A stretch of 54,106 bases of DNA from an uncultured Lentisphaeria bacterium (lineage in GTDB: Bacteria > Verrucomicrobiota > Lentisphaeria > Victivallales > UBA1829). Shown one piece after another: positions 48,542-54,106 of the stretch. The position numbers and the translations under genes were made by a program. Each line of letters begins with the position of its first letter. Within the stretch, counting starts at the first letter, position 1. The notes beneath the pieces were generated by a model that saw nothing but the letters and a program-made list of their open reading frames with translations, made no database searches and was not told the DNA's origin. The stretch covers positions 1 through 54,106 of the forward strand of contig CAJMAW010000002.1 in the NCBI GenBank assembly GCA_905211485.1, given 5' to 3'.

Positions 48542-49366
48542 ATGAAAACCTACTTTGATGAAATTCCTCTCTGGGAAAAAGAGCCGATCCCCTTCCGGGA
48601 AAACTCCGATGCGGAAAAACAGGAACACTTCCTGCAGGAAGTTCAGGACGGAATCGACCGTCTCACTGACGTCACGCGCCCCGCCATCAGATTCTTTCCG
48701 GTATCCGGCAGGGGTCCTCATCCGGCGGTGCTGGTCTGTCCTGGAGGGGGATACGGGATTCTGGCATGGAATCATGAAGGGATAGACATCTGCTCGTATT
48801 TCAACAGCATCGGCTTTTCCGCGTTTCTACTGAAGTACCGCTGCCCGGACAGACGCGCCGCGGCTCATGCGGACGCTGCGCGAGCCATGCGCCTGATCCG
48901 AGCGAAAGCGGATCATTTTCAAGTAGATCCTTGCAGAATCGGGATTCTCGGATTCTCTGCCGGAGCCCATCTGGCCGCCACGCTTTCGGCTCCGGCGGAT
49001 CCGCTCCCTTATGAGCCGGAAGATGAGATTGACCGCAGTTTTTCCTGCCGGCCGGATTACAGCGCCCTGATCTATCCGGCCTATCTCCGCGATCCCGCGA
49101 AGGGAGACGGACTGGAGCTTCAGGCGGAATTCAAGCCGGATCAGACCTGCCCTCCGGTCTTCCTGCTTCAGACGCAGGACGATGAAATCCAGGCGGAAAA
49201 TTCCATTTCCTGGTTTCTTGCCATGAAACGGGCCGGAGTCAAGGCCGAACTTCACATCTACCCGGAAGGTGGACACGGCTACGGCATTCTCCGGACAGGG
49301 AACCCCGTATCCAACTGGCCGCTTCTCGCCGCTGACTGGTTCCGCAGACAGGCAGGCCTGCAATAA
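48542..49366 (+). CDS. alpha/beta hydrolase (esterase/lipase, BD-FAE / hydrolase_3-like)
   Basis: Oxyanion CPGGGY. Nucleophile elbow GFSAGAH. Late QTQDDE and GGHGYG supply Asp/His. Start at ATG 48542 (MKTYFDEIPLW). Confidence 0.8.
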   Translation: MKTYFDEIPLWEKEPIPFRENSDAEKQEHFLQEVQDGIDRLTDVTRPAIRFFPVSGRGPHPAVLVCPGGGYGILAWNHEGIDICSYFNSIGFSAFLLKYRCPDRRAAAHADAARAMRLIRAKADHFQVDPCRIGILGFSAGAHLAATLSAPADPLPYEPEDEIDRSFSCRPDYSALIYPAYLRDPAKGDGLELQAEFKPDQTCPPVFLLQTQDDEIQAENSISWFLAMKRAGVKAELHIYPEGGHGYGILRTGNPVSNWPLLAADWFRRQAGLQ

Positions 49367-49443
49367 AAAAAAACGATAGATGATCCAATCCGATGATGCA
49401 ATGCAGCCGTTCAGCAACGGCAAAAGGGAGTTGAAGCAGAAAA

Positions 49444-50568
49444 ATGAATTTATCCATGCGGAAAAAAGTGGTAAAATCCTGTCATAGAGTCGTGGTGAAG
49501 GCCGGGACGAGGCTCCTGACAGATCCCGAGGCGCTGCCCGAACTGGTGAGACAGATCAAGGCGGTCCGCGACACTGGCAGACAAGTCATACTCATCTCCT
49601 CCGGCGCGGTCGGGACTGCGATGAAGACACTGGGGCTGACAAAGCGTCCGCGCCATCTGTCCGAAGTGCAGGCTCTTGCGGCCATGGGGCAGGTCAAACT
49701 CATGTCCGCCTACGAAACGGAATGCGAAAAGCTCGGATTCCGGACCGCACAGATTCTCCTGACCGCGGACGATCTCCGTTCCAGGGAACGGCATCTCAAT
49801 ACCTGCAACTGCATCGAATCCCTGCTGGCACGCGACGTGTTGCCCATCATCAATGAAAACGACCCCGTCTCCGTCGACGAACTCAAATTCGGCGACAACG
49901 ACACTCTCGCCTCCATGCTCGCCTCCATGACGCGCTCCGATCTGACCATCATTCTGACCACTGTGGACGGCCTGCTCCGCCCGAATCCAGACGGCAGTCT
50001 GGGAGAACGGATCTCCCTTGTCGCCGGAGTCACAGCAGAACAGCGCGCCATGGCCTCCGGCACCGATGACGGCAATATGTCTATCGGCGGCATGGCCACA
50101 AAAGTCAAGGCCGCCGAGGTCCTGAACTCAGCGGGAGAAGCGCTCTGGATCGCCTCCGGAAAAATCGACCGCATTCTCGAACGCATTTTCAACGCCGAGG
50201 ATGTCGGCACCCTGTTCATTCCTGCGGAAGGCATGCGGAAACTTGAGTCGAAGAAACGCTGGATCGCAACCTTCTCCAGAATTTCCGGAAAAATCTTTGT
50301 GGATTCCGGAGCGGTCCGTGCGCTGAGGAAAACCTCCTGCAGTCTTCTGCCTTCGGGGGCAACGGCCGTGGAGGGGGCTTTCAAGCGCGGAGACATTGTA
50401 GAAGTCCTTGCCGAGGATGGATCCCTCGTCGCCAGGGGACAGACCAACTTCTCCGCCGCCGACTGCCGGAAACTCCTCGGCCACCAGAGCTCCGACATCA
50501 GCAACATCCTCAAATGCGACGCCGAGGAAGAACTCATCCACCGCAACAATCTCGTCATCATCCGATAA
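49444..50568 (+). CDS. proB: glutamate 5-kinase with PUA domain
   Basis: VVVKAGTRLLT, ISSGAVG, INENDPVSVDELKFGDNDTLAS, and a C-terminal PUA-like GDIVEV....VARGQTNFSA. Confidence 0.9.
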   Translation: MNLSMRKKVVKSCHRVVVKAGTRLLTDPEALPELVRQIKAVRDTGRQVILISSGAVGTAMKTLGLTKRPRHLSEVQALAAMGQVKLMSAYETECEKLGFRTAQILLTADDLRSRERHLNTCNCIESLLARDVLPIINENDPVSVDELKFGDNDTLASMLASMTRSDLTIILTTVDGLLRPNPDGSLGERISLVAGVTAEQRAMASGTDDGNMSIGGMATKVKAAEVLNSAGEALWIASGKIDRILERIFNAEDVGTLFIPAEGMRKLESKKRWIATFSRISGKIFVDSGAVRALRKTSCSLLPSGATAVEGAFKRGDIVEVLAEDGSLVARGQTNFSAADCRKLLGHQSSDISNILKCDAEEELIHRNNLVIIR

Positions 50569-50617
50569 TCCGAACTCAGATAATCCAACAAATCCCGAAG
50601 AAGGTTTTCCTCTACCC

Positions 50618-51967
50618 ATGCTCTTCTATATCAAAACCTACGGATGCCAGATGAACGAAAGGGATTCCGAATCCGCCGCCGCACTGCTCTCCGCTGCCGG
50701 ATTCACACAGACCAGCGATGAATCCGAAGCAGACATTTTCCTTCTGAACACCTGCAGCGTCCGGGATCAGGCGGAACGCAAAGCCATCGGGAAACTCGGC
50801 AATCTGGGCCGTCTGCGCAGGGAAAAGCCAAACAGTATTTTCGGCATCATGGGCTGTATGGCTCAAAGCCGCGGTTCGGAACTGCTGAAGACGATTCCCC
50901 ATCTGGATTTTGTCATCGGCACGGACCAGATCCATGCCCTCCCGGAAACCGTGCAGGCCGTTCTTGCGGGGAAAAGAAAACTGGAACGGACCGGGCGGAA
51001 CCGGCCTGACACTCCCGGAATTGATTCCCACAGAATGAAAAACGGAATACCCCGTTTTTCGGCATTTCTTTCCATCATGCGCGGCTGCAACCGGCATTGC
51101 AGTTACTGCATTGTCCCCAGTGTCCGCGGACCGGAAAGAAGCAGGAAGATGGAGGATATTCTGGAGGAGGCGAAAATTCTGGCGGATGCGGGGGTCCGTG
51201 AAATCATGCTTCTGGGGCAGAATGTGGCCGCTTACGGGCTCGGGGCCGTTCCGCCGCCAGCGGATGATCTTTCGCCGTTTGCGGAACTTCTGGAAAAACT
51301 CAGCGGAATTGATGCTTTGAAGCGGATCCGTTTTACTTCACCGCATCCGGCATTTTTCAACAAGCGCCTGATCCACGCCGTCGCGGAACTGCCGAAGGTG
51401 TGCAAGTGCATTCACCTGCCGCTGCAATCGGGGTCGGACCGTATTTTGAAGCTGATGAATCGGCCGTATGATGCGGAGCATTACAGAAAAATCACGGAAA
51501 GTCTGAAAGGGCTGGTGCCGGAGATTGCCTTCTCCACGGACGTGATTGTCGGCTTCCCCACGGAAACGGAGGAGGATTTCCTCCGCACCCGCGAACTCAT
51601 GGAAGAGGTTGCCTTCGACAACGCCTTCATTTTCAAATACTCCCCGAGAAAAGGAACCCGTTCTGCCGAAATGGAGGATGATGTCCCGCAGGAAACGAAG
51701 GAACTCAGAAACGCCATTCTTCTGAAGGATCTGGAAACCCGTCAGGAAAAGAGGAACGCCCTTCTTTCCGGAAAGATCTTCGAGGTCCTGGTCGAGGGGC
51801 CGAGCAAGCGGAACCCGAAACGTTTTTCAGGCCGTACCGATCATTTCAAAACCGTCCTGTTCGAGCCGGAGCCGGGGGTGAAGCCCGGGGATTTCGTTTC
51901 TGTCAAAATCACACGGACTACGCCCATGTCCCTTTACGGGCAGATCGTCCATCCGGGAGAAGATTGA
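50618..51967 (+). CDS. miaB: tRNA (N6-isopentenyladenosine-37) methylthiotransferase MiaB
   Basis: UPF0004 N-domain FYIKTYGCQMNERDSE..LNTCSVR. Radical-SAM CNRHCSYC. C-terminal TRAM (GDFVSVKITRTTPMSLYG). Start at ATG 50618. Confidence 0.9.
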   Translation: MLFYIKTYGCQMNERDSESAAALLSAAGFTQTSDESEADIFLLNTCSVRDQAERKAIGKLGNLGRLRREKPNSIFGIMGCMAQSRGSELLKTIPHLDFVIGTDQIHALPETVQAVLAGKRKLERTGRNRPDTPGIDSHRMKNGIPRFSAFLSIMRGCNRHCSYCIVPSVRGPERSRKMEDILEEAKILADAGVREIMLLGQNVAAYGLGAVPPPADDLSPFAELLEKLSGIDALKRIRFTSPHPAFFNKRLIHAVAELPKVCKCIHLPLQSGSDRILKLMNRPYDAEHYRKITESLKGLVPEIAFSTDVIVGFPTETEEDFLRTRELMEEVAFDNAFIFKYSPRKGTRSAEMEDDVPQETKELRNAILLKDLETRQEKRNALLSGKIFEVLVEGPSKRNPKRFSGRTDHFKTVLFEPEPGVKPGDFVSVKITRTTPMSLYGQIVHPGED

Positions 51968-52078
51968 TTTTCCCCTCTCGTTCCGGGAATAATTCCCGCA
52001 GTCCGCCAGATTCAAATCTTCGCGTCTCCCCACCGATGGGCTTTTCTGGCGGCAATGTACAATAAATTCCATGTTCCG

Positions 52079-52549
52079 TCATATCGGGAAAGGGCCGTTT
52101 TTTCCATTTTCTGCACAAGCTCTTCTTTTCCCAGGCAATATTCGGCTATATCTTAAGGGAAAAGTCCGGCAAGTTTTTTTGATTTCCGCATATTCGTCCC
52201 GGGCTTCCTTGTGAGTGCGCATATAATCCCGGAAAGCAAGGTGCCTGCCGATGTTGTGCCAGTCGTCGGCCTGGAAGATGTGGATCTGGTGAGTTCGCTC
52301 GTCTCCGCCCTTGCGGAAATAACGCCTGCCGGGCATCCCGAATTTGCCGAGAGGTTCATAACCGATATCGGAAAATCTTTCCGCAGAAGCATCCGCCTTT
52401 TCAAGGCTTCTGACAACAATCATGATGTCAATGACCGATTTGGCCGCCAGTCCGGGGACAGAGGTGCTGCCGATGTGGTACATTGCAATGGCATTCTCCT
52501 CCAGGAGCGGCAGAATTCTTTCTTTCTCCGTTTCGTATTTCAAGGCCAT
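52079..52549 (-). pseudogene. GrpB (UPF0157) family protein, decayed
   Basis: The core HIGSTSVPGLAAKSVIDIMIVV....THQIHIF....HLAFRDYMRTH is GrpB-like. The N-terminal YDLTWP is in another frame. The C-terminal KKLAGLFP-stop-DIAEYCLGKEELV is reached only by a shift at a 7-nt homopolymer (52174-52180) and crosses an in-frame TAA (52153-52155). Confidence 0.65.
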
Positions 52550-52978
52550 GTCAAGTCATAATTTTGAACAATGATGTGCTGCGCTATGAGGGAGTTTCCT
52601 GTTGTTTTATGTTTGCTCAGACTTTTTGTTTGAAGCGGCTCATGCTGAGTGCAATTCCGCCGTCTATATATATGTGCTGCGGAGGAAAAAGCGCCGCCGA
52701 TGTTTCACAGCACCCGTATTTCCCCTTTCCCTCTTTCTCTGCAATGAAAAAAACTTCTGCAACAGGAATATCAGTCTTCCGGATGATTCCTCCCTACAGC
52801 GTGAAGCAAAGACGGCTGCAGGAGAAGAAAAAGGAGATTATTCATACGCGCTGCCCCCCCCCGGGCCGGAAAGTTTTTTCACGGGACATACAGGCAAACG
52901 GGCAAGTTTCCGGAAAGAGAAAGAAGCGGAAGATTCTCCGTGTCTCCTCCGGGGAAGAGCGTCGAAAGAGGTCCGGAA

Positions 52979-53054
52979 TGGAGCCAATGATCGGATTTGA
53001 ACCGATGACCTGCTCATTACGAGTGAGCTGCTCTACCGACTGAGCTACATTGGC
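52979..53054 (-). tRNA. tRNA-Thr (anticodon CGT)
   Basis: Hand-folded 76-nt cloverleaf on the minus strand. Acceptor GCCAATG/CATTGGC, D arm GCTC-AGTCGGTA-GAGC, anticodon arm GCTCA-CTCGTAA-TGAGC, T arm ATCGG-TTCAAAT-CCGAT, discriminator T, encoded CCA. Confidence 0.95.
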
Positions 53055-53084
53055 AGAAGAAAGCGTTTCTCCAAGAGACTTTTC

Positions 53085-53112
53085 AATATACAACGACTTC
53101 TTTTTTTCGCAA
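53085..53112 (-). promoter_or_regulatory. sigma70-type promoter candidate for tRNA-Thr
   Basis: Read on the minus strand: TTGCGA (53112-53107), a 16-nt spacer, TATATT (53090-53085). This lies about 30 nt upstream of the mature tRNA 5' end and has the same architecture as the tRNA-Lys promoter candidate. Confidence 0.45.
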
Positions 53113-53273
53113 GTGGAAAGCTGAAAAAAGTCGGAATATTTTCCGTCCGGAGAAACTCTGCAGAACGGGGGAAGCCCCCCATTTCTTCAGGGATGAGGCA
53201 AATTTTTATTCATCCCTGCCTCGGAATTCTGGCGCAACGGTCACCGGATGGGAAGGGAAGCGGAAGCAGCCAC

Positions 53274-53996
53274 TCAGTCGTCCTGGCGAATTGTACCGTT
53301 CATACCATAAAGTCTGTGATGAGTCAGGATCTGTTCCATGGCCTCGTCCGCGGAATCCACGAGAGTGAAGAGCTCCAGATCATCGGGGGAGATCATGCCG
53401 TCGGCAAGGAGAGAATCTTCCACCCAGCGCAGGAAAGGCGTCCAGAAAGCCTTGCCGACAAGGACCAGGGGAATCGGATTGACTTTATTGGTCTGCACCA
53501 GCGTCAGGGCTTCCGAAAATTCGTCCAGCGTTCCGAATCCGCCGGGATACCCCACCAGCGCGACGGAATATTTCATGAAACAGACTTTCCGGATGAAAAA
53601 GTAACGGAAATCCAGCGATTCCGTCTGATACACATTCGGATGCTGTTCCATCGGGAGACGGATATTCAGCCCCACGGACGTCCCTTTCTTCACGAATGCC
53701 CCCTTGTTTGCCGCCTCCATGATCCCGGGGCCGCCGCCCGAAAGAACTCCGTATCCATGGGAGGCAAGCAGTTCCCCCAGACGCTGGGCGTCCTCATAGT
53801 AAGGATTCTCAGGACGCAGACGCGCCGAGCCGAACACAGAAACAAGTGGCCCCTGTTTCGACATGACTTCAAAGGAATCAATGAATTCCGCCATGATCCG
53901 GAAGATCCGCCATGGTTCATCTTTCGTATAATCCATCATTCCATCGTGAAATTTTGCAAAGTTTTCCTTCATGCGCTGATTCTGTTCGGATTTCAT
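53274..53996 (-). CDS. LOG family protein (TIGR00730 Rossmann-fold nucleotide-binding; cytokinin riboside 5'-monophosphate phosphoribohydrolase-like)
   Basis: VSVFGSAR, SGGGPGIMEAANKGA and the family motif PGGFGTLDEFSEALTLVQT. ATG 53996 has GGAGGG 10 nt upstream. The track start is 54014. Confidence 0.85.
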   Translation of the reverse strand: MKSEQNQRMKENFAKFHDGMMDYTKDEPWRIFRIMAEFIDSFEVMSKQGPLVSVFGSARLRPENPYYEDAQRLGELLASHGYGVLSGGGPGIMEAANKGAFVKKGTSVGLNIRLPMEQHPNVYQTESLDFRYFFIRKVCFMKYSVALVGYPGGFGTLDEFSEALTLVQTNKVNPIPLVLVGKAFWTPFLRWVEDSLLADGMISPDDLELFTLVDSADEAMEQILTHHRLYGMNGTIRQDD

Positions 53997-54106
53997 GGCT
54001 GATATTCCCTCCATGCTATTGGTAAATCATGTATTTTTCGCGGCTGAACAATCGTCTCCGGAATCCCAGAAGCTCTTCAAGCAGAAGTTCCGGGGAGAGT
54101 TCCGAT

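Noticed and set aside
52153-52155. In-frame TAA in GrpB and in-frame TAG (34997-34999) downstream of the MFS gene, considered as evidence of stop-codon reassignment.
   Set aside because: mnmE ends with TAA immediately after the invariant C-terminal CIGK. Other well-defined genes end at TAA/TAG/TGA at expected lengths. The standard code fits, and the in-frame stops are better read as lesions.
52854-52862. 9-nt poly-C tract in the GrpB/tRNA-Thr spacer, and 6-7 nt poly-G runs at ~14694-14700 and ~14795-14801, considered as phase-variation switches.
   Set aside because: They are not positioned within a coding region or between recognisable -35/-10 elements of any gene. No evidence links them to expression control.

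Overview
This 54.1-kb chromosomal window looks like it comes from a PVC-group bacterium (Lentisphaerota/Verrucomicrobiota-like). That placement is an inference from one DUF1559-style prepilin-like protein and the general protein style, and is not proven. I support about 37 protein-coding loci, 3 decayed genes and 2 tRNAs (Lys-CUU, Thr-CGU, both with encoded CCA).

Most of the content is housekeeping:
- Translation and tRNA functions: mnmE, typA, miaB, cca, rsfS, and an ABC-F ATPase.
- Repair: an AddAB-like helicase-nuclease pair and uvrC.
- Metabolism: nadD, proB, and a LOG-family protein.

Accessory modules are interspersed:
- MarR plus an RND adaptor and RND pump, with no outer-membrane factor gene.
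- A clan GH-A glycosidase.
- A LysR plus MFS pair, and a CDF transporter.
- IclR plus a cytoplasmic GH20-like enzyme plus a long MurQ/GCKR-like SIS protein.
- Two alpha/beta hydrolases.

I found no CRISPR array, integrase, transposase, toxin-antitoxin pair or recognisable defence or secretion system. I cannot point to a clearly novel multi-gene system with confidence.

The items most worth a second look are:
1. An apparently intact, orphan phage terminase large subunit with a Lys/Arg-rich N-terminal arm, divergent from typA.
2. A single-ORF MBL-hydrolase / TIM-barrel fusion. It is followed by a secreted ORFan, a class II aldolase-fold protein with substituted metal ligands, and an esterase. 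The fold logic resembles UlaG/UlaE/UlaF.
3. A double-length MurQ/GCKR-like SIS protein next to a GH20-like enzyme.
4. Several independent gene lesions: ABC-F signature motif, GrpB, a DUF1559 remnant, and a remnant after the MFS gene.
5. Sequence-level oddities: long homopurine/homopyrimidine tracts in most spacers, short tandem repeats that begin at stop codons, and three 600-700 bp gene-free gaps.

All functional calls come from motif reading by eye. No database search was run.
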